This document shows, piece by piece, positions 49,387 through 58,789 of a stretch of 64,000 nt of DNA. The DNA is from Thermodesulfobacteriota bacterium (lineage in GTDB: Bacteria; Desulfobacterota; Desulfobacteria; Desulfobacterales; SURF-7). Location: NCBI GenBank assembly GCA_049320885.1, contig JBMORA010000012.1, positions 32,001-96,000 of the forward strand. Direction: 5' to 3'. Below the pieces are notes generated by a model. It made no database searches, was not told where the DNA came from, and saw only the letters and a program-made list of their open reading frames with translations. The translations under genes were made by a program, and so were the position numbers. Numbering within the stretch: the first letter of the stretch is position 1; each line of letters starts with the position of its first letter.

Positions 49387-49920
49387 TCATATAAAGAGGG
49401 GAATTTTACGGCCGACGCGGCACCTCAGGCGCATGGCCGCCGCCAGGATCACCAGGGGCAGGAAGGTAAAGGTCTCGAGCATCAGAATTCGCTGGATCTG
49501 ATGGTCAAAGGGCGGCGGCACATGGGGCAGGGTTTTTAGCCAGGGGACGGGCAGAGAAACGCCCGCTGCACTCACCGGCCAGAAGATGGCCAAACTCGAG
49601 TCGACATAGAGCGTGTCCAGTAGTAAATGACTCATCCAGGCAGCCAGCACGCCGACCGCCACAGGCCTGCATTTTCCGAACAGCGAACCGGCCAGGATGC
49701 GCCATGTTACCAAAAGGCACAGCATCAACCCTCCGTTGGCAATGATGCTGTGGCTGATATCCAGGCGGAAATGGCCCCAGCCCGGAATCGGCCAATCCGG
49801 CAGGTTTGCCACGGCGATCATCGCCCCCATAAACATCAGCCTTAGGCGAGCCTTTTCCATGACCGGCATGCACAGCAGAGCTATGGATGAGCCGACCAGC
49901 GTGTGTGCCAATGACGTCAT
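49387..49920 (-). CDS. YdjM-like membrane-bound metal-dependent hydrolase
   Basis: AH..., ANLPD, SHS, SHLLLD, IFWP motifs. Confidence 0.8.
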   Translation of the reverse strand: MTSLAHTLVGSSIALLCMPVMEKARLRLMFMGAMIAVANLPDWPIPGWGHFRLDISHSIIANGGLMLCLLVTWRILAGSLFGKCRPVAVGVLAAWMSHLLLDTLYVDSSLAIFWPVSAAGVSLPVPWLKTLPHVPPPFDHQIQRILMLETFTFLPLVILAAAMRLRCRVGRKIPLFI

Positions 49921-49969
49921 GCTGCGCTGTCCCGGAGGTTATGGTTGTCAGATAAGTAACGGCAACATC

Positions 49970-50773
49970 TCATATACGATTCGTTTCCCTTGAATCAGGC
50001 AACCCTTCATTGAGTTGGGGGATGACATCCCGCAGGACGAAACCATAATCCGGAATATGGCTCAAGGCCTTGGTGATATATCGTTTTGCTTGAGCCGGCG
50101 CTTCACACAGGATTTCGAGCTGGGCCTGGTGGGCCAAGATTTCCGGCGGCGTGGCCCAGCGAACGATCAGAGGGTCGGTTTCGCGCCATGCTGGTTCCAG
50201 TTCCAGGGCCTTGCTGAGAAACTCCCGCGCCCGCTTTTTACTTCCGCCAAAAATCATCGGCGTCCACATACTTTCGATACCGGCCAGAAGGTAATTTTTA
50301 GGGCTGTGCTCGCTCATCTTAAAGGCATCCATTAAATAAGACTTGGATTTGCTGCCGTAGTAGAGCATTTTTAATGTCTTCAGCGATGCCAGTTTACCAT
50401 ATACATCGGCCAGGACAACGGTATTTTCTGCGATGGGCGACCATTCGTGAGCTGCCTGTAAATGCGCCAACGCCTTCAGGTAATGCCGATGAGCCGCCTC
50501 GATATCATGGGCACGGGCGATATTCCCCAACTGGATGTTGATTAACCCGGCATAGTAGCGCGGGTGCCAGTCGGCGGGGTACTGCTTGATTTGCTCGAGA
50601 GCTTGGTTCAGAAGCGATCGGATCACCTCCTCGTCATAGGAAAAATAATTGGCTTCGATCCGGGTTTTCAGTTCGAAGAAATCAGAATCGGCAATGGATC
50701 GCGCTTCCTGGGCATGGGCTGAAATGCCGATCAGTGGGATCAACAAAACGATGCAGATAAATTTCTGAAACAT
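49970..50773 (-). CDS. exported helical (TPR-like) hypothetical protein
   Basis: Signal peptide (AHA cleavage); helical repeats; TPMIFGGSKKRA motif. Confidence 0.7.
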   Translation of the reverse strand: MFQKFICIVLLIPLIGISAHAQEARSIADSDFFELKTRIEANYFSYDEEVIRSLLNQALEQIKQYPADWHPRYYAGLINIQLGNIARAHDIEAAHRHYLKALAHLQAAHEWSPIAENTVVLADVYGKLASLKTLKMLYYGSKSKSYLMDAFKMSEHSPKNYLLAGIESMWTPMIFGGSKKRAREFLSKALELEPAWRETDPLIVRWATPPEILAHQAQLEILCEAPAQAKRYITKALSHIPDYGFVLRDVIPQLNEGLPDSRETNRI

Positions 50774-51019
50774 GGGGGGATGGGGTCCTCACCCTTGGTT
50801 GAAGGTCACTACCCACCGGGATAAGGAATAAGGCCTCGCTTTTTTGATATCGGACTATAGGCGATTGGCGTTTGTGTGTCAATGATAAAGTGAATACAAC
50901 CTGTTGAATCCAGATATGAAATGCACCGGGGAATGTGCTGGGGAATCGGATTCAGGTTATTTTGTTTGAACAATGGCTGCTGGAAAAGTTGTAGGCGGCG
51001 GCTGACTGCCGTCACCGGA

Positions 51020-51625
51020 TCAGTTTCTCTTCTCGAATATTCCGGCCACCAGGCCGGCGAGGCGGATGGTATGCCGGCGGATTTCCTCCTGGCTGCGTCC
51101 GGGATAGCGGGCGTAGCTGATCATGATGCCGTTCAGGGCCGAAAAGAGGCTGTGGGCGATGAGCCTGGGCTGGGGGTGGATACCGGTGGCCCCGATGACG
51201 CCGGCAATGCGGTCCATGAGGGGTTTCATGACGGTGTTGAGTTTTTGCGTGGCCGCGGCGGACATTTCTCCGCCCAGCATGAAGTGGCCCATCATCTGGT
51301 AAAACGTCATGTTGTCGTTGAGGTAGGTGATATAGAGTTCGCACAAGCGGTCCAGGGAAGGGGCTTCCCGGCGGCTTCCGGCGTCCAGGATGCGGGTGAT
51401 TTCCCGGGCGTGGCGCAGAAAAATGTCCAGGAACAGCTCGGTCAGGTTGGGGTAGTGATTGTAGATCGTGCCGATGCTGGTGCCGGCGGCCTTGGCGATT
51501 TCCCGGACGGTTACGCTCCGAAAGTCTTTTTCGGCGAACAGCTGCCCGGCGGCGTCCAGGATGAGTCGCCGCCGGGCTTCGCGTTCCTGCATCTTCAGTT
51601 CGGACAATGTGTTTGTGTCAGCCAA
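51020..51625 (-). CDS. TetR/AcrR family transcriptional regulator
   Basis: ILDAAGQLF..VTVREIAKAAGTSIGTIYNHY helix-turn-helix; start may be 51646. Confidence 0.92.
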   Translation of the reverse strand: MADTNTLSELKMQEREARRRLILDAAGQLFAEKDFRSVTVREIAKAAGTSIGTIYNHYPNLTELFLDIFLRHAREITRILDAGSRREAPSLDRLCELYITYLNDNMTFYQMMGHFMLGGEMSAAATQKLNTVMKPLMDRIAGVIGATGIHPQPRLIAHSLFSALNGIMISYARYPGRSQEEIRRHTIRLAGLVAGIFEKRN

Positions 51626-51722
51626 GTATCGTTTTCCGCCTTTCACTTGTTTTTACAATGCGTCAGTTGAATCACTCCCGCAACACCCGTCGGCGGATTT
51701 TGCCCCTGGGGGTTCGGGCTTT

Positions 51723-52991
51723 CTATCTTTCCATATTGAAGACTTTGGCCATATCCTCGTCCGTGAAACAGCGCTCGCTTTGATCCGGATTGGCCGCGTC
51801 GTCCTCCATCTGGCGGCGGTCATAGGCAGGGGCGAGCACCTGGTTGTAATATTCATGCTGGATCATCAGGTTCATGATCTGGGTGGTGCCGGTCCAGATC
51901 ATGCCGAGGCGCGTGTCCCGAAGGGCGCGCTCGATGGGGTAGACATCCGTGTAGCCGATGCCGCCCATGATCTGCATGGAGTTGTTGACGATGTCCCAGG
52001 CGGCTTCCGTGGCGAAGCGTTTGGCCTCGCTGACCAGGCGGCGGACATTGGGATAATTTTCATCCACGGCCCGGGCCGCCATATAGGTCAAGGCCCGGGC
52101 CGCGTCGAGCTGGGTGATGGCGTCCGCCACCTTGAAACTCACCGCCTGGTATTTGCGGATTTCCTTGCCGAAGGTCCGGCGACGGTCGGAATAGCGTACC
52201 GCCAGATCCAGGGCGCCCCAGGTCCCCAGACACCCGGCCGCGGAGGTCAGCCGCTCCGGGATCATCATCTGGTGGAAGCACAGGGCGCCGCCATGGAGTT
52301 CGCCCACGAGATTTTCCCGGGGCACCTTGACGTCACGGAACACCAGCCGGCCGGTTCCGCCGCCGCGGCAACCCATGAGGCCGTACATGTATTCGGTTTC
52401 GACCCCTGGTCCGCGATCGACGATCAAGAGGCTGAGGCGCTGGTATTTATGGGCTTTTTCATCAAAATTGGTGCGGCAGTACACCAGAAAGAAATCCGCG
52501 CCTTCGGCTCCCACCACGAAACGCTTCATGCCGTTGAGCACGAAATGATCGCCGCGCAACTCGGCCCGGGTCATGGCACCGAAGAAATCCGATCCGCCCC
52601 GGGGTTCGGTGAGGGCTTCGGCCGCCACCAGTTTGCCTTCGATGTAGGGTTTCAGGTATTTCTGCTTCTGTGTTTCCGTGCCGAATTTGTTCAGGGCTTC
52701 GCCCACAATGGAGGGCATCACGAAAGCGCAACCGAGGGCCATGCCCAGGCAGCCGATTTCCTCCGTGGCCGCCACTTCCGCCACCCAGCTCATGTTGCGG
52801 CCGCCGTATTGCCGGGGAAAGCGAATTCCCCGGAGGTTACATGCGGCCAGCTTTTCCACGAATTCACGCGGATAAACGATCTCGTCCTTGTCCATTTTCC
52901 GGAGAAAATCGCTGGTGATTTCCTCCCGGACGAATTTGCGGACCTGCTGTTTCAGTTCCCGTTCCTCGGGTGTCAACAAAAAATCGTACAT
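51723..52991 (-). CDS. acyl-CoA dehydrogenase
   Basis: ALTEPRGGSD, LNGMKRF, QIMGGIGY, IWTGTTQI; GGAGG RBS. Confidence 0.95.
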   Translation of the reverse strand: MYDFLLTPEERELKQQVRKFVREEITSDFLRKMDKDEIVYPREFVEKLAACNLRGIRFPRQYGGRNMSWVAEVAATEEIGCLGMALGCAFVMPSIVGEALNKFGTETQKQKYLKPYIEGKLVAAEALTEPRGGSDFFGAMTRAELRGDHFVLNGMKRFVVGAEGADFFLVYCRTNFDEKAHKYQRLSLLIVDRGPGVETEYMYGLMGCRGGGTGRLVFRDVKVPRENLVGELHGGALCFHQMMIPERLTSAAGCLGTWGALDLAVRYSDRRRTFGKEIRKYQAVSFKVADAITQLDAARALTYMAARAVDENYPNVRRLVSEAKRFATEAAWDIVNNSMQIMGGIGYTDVYPIERALRDTRLGMIWTGTTQIMNLMIQHEYYNQVLAPAYDRRQMEDDAANPDQSERCFTDEDMAKVFNMER

Positions 52992-53034
52992 GGCGGCCTC
53001 CTGGGCGATGGGGTTGGGAATGATGGCGGAAAAG

Positions 53035-53078
53035 TTTTGAACAATGCTCAAAATATTGAACGATGCTCAAAATGTCAA
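53035..53078 (-). promoter_or_regulatory. two tandem 19-bp palindromic operators overlapping a sigma70 promoter
   Basis: TTTTGAACAATGCTCAAAA (53035-53053) and TATTGAACGATGCTCAAAA (53054-53072); TTGACA on the minus strand at 53073-53078. Confidence 0.8.
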
Positions 53079-54967
53079 GCATTATCCCAGGGCGTCAGGG
53101 ATGCCATGTAATACTGGTCCGCCATGGTCAGGGAAAGCCAGCGTCGTTGAAGGCCATCGTGGGCAAAACAAACGGCGGGCAGATCAGGGGCGGCTTCGGC
53201 CGTACGGTCCTGCCATTGGTGGACCACCGGCTCCGGCAGGGAACAGTCGATCAGGATCCCGTCCAGATGGCCCAGGGATTCGAGCTCCCCGCTTTCCGGC
53301 AGCCGTTCCGCCCGCCACCAGAAGACCTGGCGTTGCATTTCCCCACGGAAAACGGCTGGTTCCAAGGTGGAAACCAGGGTGAAAAGGACGGCGCGGTTTC
53401 CGGGTTCCTGGTGGAGGAAACGCAGATCGTTGTCCAGGTAATGGGGCCGTTTCAGGTGGATGGAAGAAAGGAGTTCCGCCGGATTCATCTGGATGGCGGG
53501 CTCAACGGCGATGATTTCCAGCGGCGTGAAGGGATTGGCGCGGGTAATGACGGCAAGGGACTTGGCGACGGGCCCCCAGTCCCGGATCCGCGGCAGCAGC
53601 AACTGATAGGGGTGGGTGAGTTCACCGGACAGGGTTTCCAGTTCGGCCAGGGCACGTCCGGGATGGAGGACCAGGCGGTGCAGGCTCTTTCCGGCGCCGG
53701 TTTTCACCCACAGATCGAAAAAATCTTCCGGACGGGCGCTGCCGGGCCGCAGGCAGATGTTCAGATGAGGCGCCGGAAACAGGGCCACGTCGAGCTGTTC
53801 CTCGGCCTCCTCGAAAGCCTGGTAAATGTCGTCGGATGAAAAATCAGGCGTGGAGATGACCGTATACGGGGGTTCCGGCTCGAATGCCAGGCCCAGGTCG
53901 GGGCTGTTTCGCCGGAAAACCGTTCCGGGCAGCACGGAAAGCGGAAACACCTGGATATCGTCGTCCAGCCGGTTGTCCTTGACGAACGCCAAAGAGTTCC
54001 GGAAGCCTTGCAGGGTGTCACCGGGCAGTCCCACGATGAGGTCGATGCGGGGCAGGATGCCGCGTTCCTTCAACAGATTCACGCCCTTCAGAAAGCGGTT
54101 CGGGTCCGTGGCCCGCTGCATGACGGCCAGGGCCTTCGGGGTGACGGATTGGAGTCCGATTTCGAATCCGGTGAATCCGGCCGCGGCGAACAGTCCGGCC
54201 AGTTCCGGGCCCACGGCCTCGGCGCGGATTTCGGCGTTCAGGGACAAGCGCTTGTTCCGGTTGAGGCCGGCGATTTTTTTCAAGAGCGACTTCAAACCCG
54301 GCCGGATGTTCAGGGAAGGATCCAGCAGGCAGAGTTCGCTGATGCCCTGATCCAGGGCCCATTGGACGGTTGCCAGCACCAGTTCATCCCGGACGAAAAC
54401 CAGGTTGTCCCTGGATTTGTGGTAATAGCAGAAGGCGCAGCGGTGCGGGCAGCCGCGCTGGCTTTCGAAATACACGAGGTCATCGATATGCGGCTCCAGG
54501 AGACCGCTGATATAGGGGCTGGGGGAAGCGGAGAAAATTTCGTCGGCGCCCCTGTCCGGCTCCCGGAGACCGAGAAGGCCCCGGAACGCGGCCTCGCCCG
54601 GTCCCACCACCAGATGATCCGCGCGGCTGGCGGCCAGGATGGGATTGTCCGGGGTGATTTCCGGTCCACCCAGGACAATGCGGGCCACGCCGGCATCCTT
54701 CAATTTTTCCGCAAGGTACAGGGAGCGGCGGATATTCCAGTTGAATACCGTGAAACCCACCGTATCCGGCCGTTCTGCGAGAATCTCCCGGATCAGGGCC
54801 GCGTCGCCCAGGTAGGCGGAGCGGCTTTCCGGGAAGATAGCGATTCGGTCAGCTTCCGAAAAGCCGCCGGCCAGTTTCAGGCAGGCGGCGGCCAGGGGGA
54901 TGTTGCCGGTCTTCAGACCGTAATTGATCTGGGGAATGGGCAGTTGCAGCAGCAGAACCAGGGGCAT
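53075..54967 (-). CDS. B12-binding radical SAM protein with long C-terminal extension
   Basis: NIPLAAACL..LGGPEI..GPGE; SQRGCPHRCAFCYY. Confidence 0.88.
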   Translation of the reverse strand: MPLVLLLQLPIPQINYGLKTGNIPLAAACLKLAGGFSEADRIAIFPESRSAYLGDAALIREILAERPDTVGFTVFNWNIRRSLYLAEKLKDAGVARIVLGGPEITPDNPILAASRADHLVVGPGEAAFRGLLGLREPDRGADEIFSASPSPYISGLLEPHIDDLVYFESQRGCPHRCAFCYYHKSRDNLVFVRDELVLATVQWALDQGISELCLLDPSLNIRPGLKSLLKKIAGLNRNKRLSLNAEIRAEAVGPELAGLFAAAGFTGFEIGLQSVTPKALAVMQRATDPNRFLKGVNLLKERGILPRIDLIVGLPGDTLQGFRNSLAFVKDNRLDDDIQVFPLSVLPGTVFRRNSPDLGLAFEPEPPYTVISTPDFSSDDIYQAFEEAEEQLDVALFPAPHLNICLRPGSARPEDFFDLWVKTGAGKSLHRLVLHPGRALAELETLSGELTHPYQLLLPRIRDWGPVAKSLAVITRANPFTPLEIIAVEPAIQMNPAELLSSIHLKRPHYLDNDLRFLHQEPGNRAVLFTLVSTLEPAVFRGEMQRQVFWWRAERLPESGELESLGHLDGILIDCSLPEPVVHQWQDRTAEAAPDLPAVCFAHDGLQRRWLSLTMADQYYMASLTPWDNA

Positions 54968-55073
54968 GGCCGTTATCTTCGCGAATGTAAGGGCGTTGTC
55001 ATTAAGGCAGGGCAATTTCGAATGATTTTTGGAAAATAGTCAATCCAAAATTGATGTGGAGCGCCCGGCGGTG

Positions 55074-56885
55074 TCAGTCCCGGATTTTGATGATGACCAG
55101 GGTGATGTCGTCTTCTTGCTCACGGGGACAGCGGAAATCGTCGAGTTCCCGGAGAACGGTATGAATGATGTCCTCGGCCGGTTTGGCGGCCACGGAGCGG
55201 ATCACGGATTGAAATGCTTTTTTTCCGAACAGGTCGCCAGCCGCGTTCCGGGTTTCCCAGATACCGTCGGTGCCGATGACCAGGATCTGACCGGCCCGGA
55301 TGTCGCTGATGTTCTGCTCATATCCATTGCTTTCCATCACCCCCAGGGGCAGGCCTTTTCCCGATAGTTCTCGGAACGAATCGTCGCCCGGATCGTAGAC
55401 AAAAGCCGGATCGTGTCCGGCGCGGACATACCGGATTTTTTTTTGCCGAGAATCGATTTCCAGAAACAAAAGCGTCACAAAACGGCCGGAGTCCTCCACG
55501 TCCTTCACCAGCTGGTTGTTGACATCCGAAATGATGCGGCCCGGATCATCCTGTCCGAAGGTATGCTGACGGAGAATGGCGCGAACCGTCGCCATCAACA
55601 GGGCCGCGGGAATTCCATGGCCGGAAACATCGCCCACCGCGACGCTGATGGACGGGCCGTCGGGGTGAAGAAAAAAATCGTAGTAATCCCCGCCGGTCTC
55701 GTCGCAGTAGCGGCTGATCCCGGCGATGTCCAGGCCATGGACCAGCGGATTGGATTTGGGCAGCAGGTTCCGCTGGACATCCATGGCGAGCCCCAGGGCC
55801 TGTTTCATGTGCAGCCGTTCCTCCAATTGAAGCGCCATGGAATTGAAATTCCTTATCAATTCGCCGACTTCATCCCGGGTTTTGGCCTCGAGGGCCGGAA
55901 ATCGTTCTCCGCCGGCCAGCTTGCCGGCGGCCCGGGTGACATTCTTGATGGCCGATACGGTTCGGCCCGTGACCAGTCGGATCAGCAGCAAAATGAAGAA
56001 AATGAACCCGGCGCCGGTGACGATGTAGAACCAGCTGAAATGACGGATGGGGGCCAGAATCTCATCGGCGGGCGCGAACATCACCAGAAACCAGGGGGCT
56101 TCCGTGAGGCGGTGGAACCCGCTGACTTCCACGTCCAGGTACCCCTTGCCGATCACTGTCCCGCTCGGTTTTTCCCGCATGGCCGCAAGGGTCCGGGCTT
56201 CCAAGGCGTTGCCGTTTTCCCCCAGCATTTTTCCGGCATCCGGGCTTGTTCCGGTCAGGATATGGCCGTCATGGTCCACGATAAAGGCTTTATCGCTCTG
56301 CCACCACCCCATGCCGGCCACGGCGGACAGGAGATAATCGAACCGCAGAACCACTTCCAGACGGCCGACGACCCGTTTTTTTTCATCCTTGTACTCCGAT
56401 ACGATGGATACGGTTCGGTTTTCGGTCTGGGAATCGTAATGCGGCGGTGTAATGTCGATGGATTCATTCCGGTGGTTCCCTCCATGGCCGGTTGATCCTT
56501 TACCATGGGTGGAATGCGGTTTCGGAGGCCGGGAAGATCCTTCCGGAATGAGTTGTCGATCAGTCGCAATCCGTCCCGTCAACCGGACGCGGACGACTCC
56601 CTCCATTTTTTCGAGCTGGTGGATGACGGCGCCGCGAAAATGATCCGCGTGGGGAAGATCGGCGCTTTCATGAACCATCCGCATCCAGTCTTTTGGATGA
56701 CCGAGGCGCATATCGATCTGGTGGGCCGCCCGTTCGAGTTTCAGCATGGACGCTTCGCCCCATTGATCCAGAAGACTGTCCCGGGCATAGATAAAGCCCA
56801 CCAACCCCATGCTGAACAAAAGGATCGCCACGGGAAGGAGCATGAAAATCGCAAAGCGCTGCTGGAGTGATTTGGGCTTGATCAT
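55074..56885 (-). CDS. SpoIIE/RsbU-type PP2C phosphatase with periplasmic sensor (Cache-like) and HAMP domains
   Basis: Two TM helices, RDEVGEL HAMP, GGDYYD, GDVSGHG, TDGIWE, DDITL. Confidence 0.93.
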   Translation of the reverse strand: MIKPKSLQQRFAIFMLLPVAILLFSMGLVGFIYARDSLLDQWGEASMLKLERAAHQIDMRLGHPKDWMRMVHESADLPHADHFRGAVIHQLEKMEGVVRVRLTGRIATDRQLIPEGSSRPPKPHSTHGKGSTGHGGNHRNESIDITPPHYDSQTENRTVSIVSEYKDEKKRVVGRLEVVLRFDYLLSAVAGMGWWQSDKAFIVDHDGHILTGTSPDAGKMLGENGNALEARTLAAMREKPSGTVIGKGYLDVEVSGFHRLTEAPWFLVMFAPADEILAPIRHFSWFYIVTGAGFIFFILLLIRLVTGRTVSAIKNVTRAAGKLAGGERFPALEAKTRDEVGELIRNFNSMALQLEERLHMKQALGLAMDVQRNLLPKSNPLVHGLDIAGISRYCDETGGDYYDFFLHPDGPSISVAVGDVSGHGIPAALLMATVRAILRQHTFGQDDPGRIISDVNNQLVKDVEDSGRFVTLLFLEIDSRQKKIRYVRAGHDPAFVYDPGDDSFRELSGKGLPLGVMESNGYEQNISDIRAGQILVIGTDGIWETRNAAGDLFGKKAFQSVIRSVAAKPAEDIIHTVLRELDDFRCPREQEDDITLVIIKIRD

Positions 56886-57299
56886 GATCGCATCCTCATT
56901 AAAACCAGCATGACAAACTCAACCATCCACCATTACTGATGGGGATACTGAAAAGATATTATCCATCTAAATTGAGACATTACGGTACCATACGGATGGT
57001 GGAATGACAATGACGATTAATGGTCCATAAATAGCTCTGCCAGAGGACTGGCAGGATAGAGCGCGCTCGCGCATGGAGATAGGACCGGTCAACCGGCATC
57101 GCCGTGTTTGTGAGACACAAGTGTACCGGTCGACCGTATCAATCCATCACGATAAATGAATTTGCATTTTACCAGATAGTATGAGATCATCATACGACAG
57201 ATTCAACAAGCTGAATTGCTAGCGTAAATACGCGTATATCGTTGCATTTTCTCACCAACCGTTACCATATTTGTCCGATTTTAGAAATCCATACTTATT

Positions 57300-57315
57300 T
57301 GGTATGAATAGTGCT
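57300..57315 (+). promoter_or_regulatory. sigma54 -24/-12 promoter of the efflux operon
   Basis: TGGTATGAATAGTGCT (GG-N10-GC), 73 nt before the first TolC start. Confidence 0.6.
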
Positions 57316-57388
57316 ATACTATCTCACAGCTGTAAGTACAAGACCATTTTCGGGAGAGTCCCGCTATCCGATCACAAGGGGCAGGAAA

Positions 57389-58789
57389 ATGGATGCATCC
57401 ATTCAAATCGACAAACAAAATTGGATATCTCCGGAAAATCCGGGTCCAGGGGGCTGGTTGTTCCCGTGGGTTGCCTTCCTGTGCATCCTGTGGACCGGAT
57501 CGGCTCTTTTTGCTGATGACAATCTGAAAAAAATAGAGGAGCGAATGATCAACGGTCCTGCTCCGGCCGATGTGGTGGAATATGCCTACCGGGCGGGGAC
57601 CCGGATCGCCGCCGCCAGGGCCGGCTGGCGGGAATCCCTGGAGCAGACCCGGGTCACCGGGGTCTATCCGGACCCGCGGCTGAGCGCCACCTACTATCCG
57701 GGGTCGGTCCCCGGAGACCTGTTTGCCAAAAAATACGAACTCATGCTTTCCCAGGAAATCCCGTTTCCGGGAAAGCTCGGCGCAGCCGGGGACGCAGCTA
57801 AAATCGAGGCCCGTTCCGGCCGCATCAACCTGGACCGGGCGGTGCGGGATACGGTGACGGCGGTGCGGGCTTCCTACCATGAGTTGAATTACATCCGCAC
57901 GGCCAGGCGCATCGCGGAGCAGAACCGGAAACTGGTGGACGAATTGAGGGGGCTTTCGGAAACGGCCTATGCCAAAGAACGCGGAACCCTCATCGATGTA
58001 CTGAAAGCCCAGTCCCAGTCCGCCCAGACCGGATACAACGTCCTCCTGCTCGGCGAGCTGGAGGAAACCGAAACCGCGCGCTTGAACGCCCTGCTCGACC
58101 GGGAGCCGGGGGCGGTGATCGGGCCGTTGGCGGATGATCCGCCCCGGCCAGTGGTCTACTCCCTTGGGGAATTATACGCTCTGGCGGAAAAAAACCGGGA
58201 GGAAATCCAACTGGCCAGGGCGGAGAGGGAAAGAGCCAGGGTCGAGGAAACCATCGCCGGGTATGAAACCTATCCGGATTTCATGCTGGGCCTGTCCTAC
58301 GAATCCTTTCAACCGGAGGATCTGTCGGCTTCCCGGGAAGACATGGTGGGGCTGCAGTTCGGTTTTTCCCTGCCGCTGTGGCTGGACAAATCCGCCGGCC
58401 GGAGGGCAGCGGCCCGGTCGGTCTCCCGCAAGGCCGAGGCCATGACCCGCACGGAAATCAATGAAACCCGCGTCCTGGTGCGGGAAACCCTTTTCCAGCT
58501 GCGGAATGCCGAAAGGCTCATGACCCTCTATGGGGATTCATTAATCCCCCAGGCCCATCGCTCCCTGGAAACCGCCGAAACCTGGGCCCGCCAGGGAACC
58601 GGCAGCCTCTCGGATTATCTGGAGATTCAGTCTGTCTGGTATAACTTCCAGCTGGCCATGGCCCGGGCGCGCGCGGATTACGCCGTTTACCTCGCCCGCC
58701 TGGAAGGCCTGTGCGGACAGGACCTGACAAGAAGGGAGGAGGCGAAGGGAGACCTGACGGCTCCCGGATCCGGGGAGGCTGCGCCATGA
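57389..58789 (+). CDS. TolC-family outer-membrane efflux protein (1)
   Basis: YPDP, LSQEIPFPGKL, YPDF.LG, FSLPLW: OEP repeat pattern. Confidence 0.9.
   Translation: MDASIQIDKQNWISPENPGPGGWLFPWVAFLCILWTGSALFADDNLKKIEERMINGPAPADVVEYAYRAGTRIAAARAGWRESLEQTRVTGVYPDPRLSATYYPGSVPGDLFAKKYELMLSQEIPFPGKLGAAGDAAKIEARSGRINLDRAVRDTVTAVRASYHELNYIRTARRIAEQNRKLVDELRGLSETAYAKERGTLIDVLKAQSQSAQTGYNVLLLGELEETETARLNALLDREPGAVIGPLADDPPRPVVYSLGELYALAEKNREEIQLARAERERARVEETIAGYETYPDFMLGLSYESFQPEDLSASREDMVGLQFGFSLPLWLDKSAGRRAAARSVSRKAEAMTRTEINETRVLVRETLFQLRNAERLMTLYGDSLIPQAHRSLETAETWARQGTGSLSDYLEIQSVWYNFQLAMARARADYAVYLARLEGLCGQDLTRREEAKGDLTAPGSGEAAP

Noticed and set aside
50965..50975. TTTGAACAATG matching part of the TetR operator at 53035
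   Set aside because: Only one half-site matches and the palindromic right arm is missing
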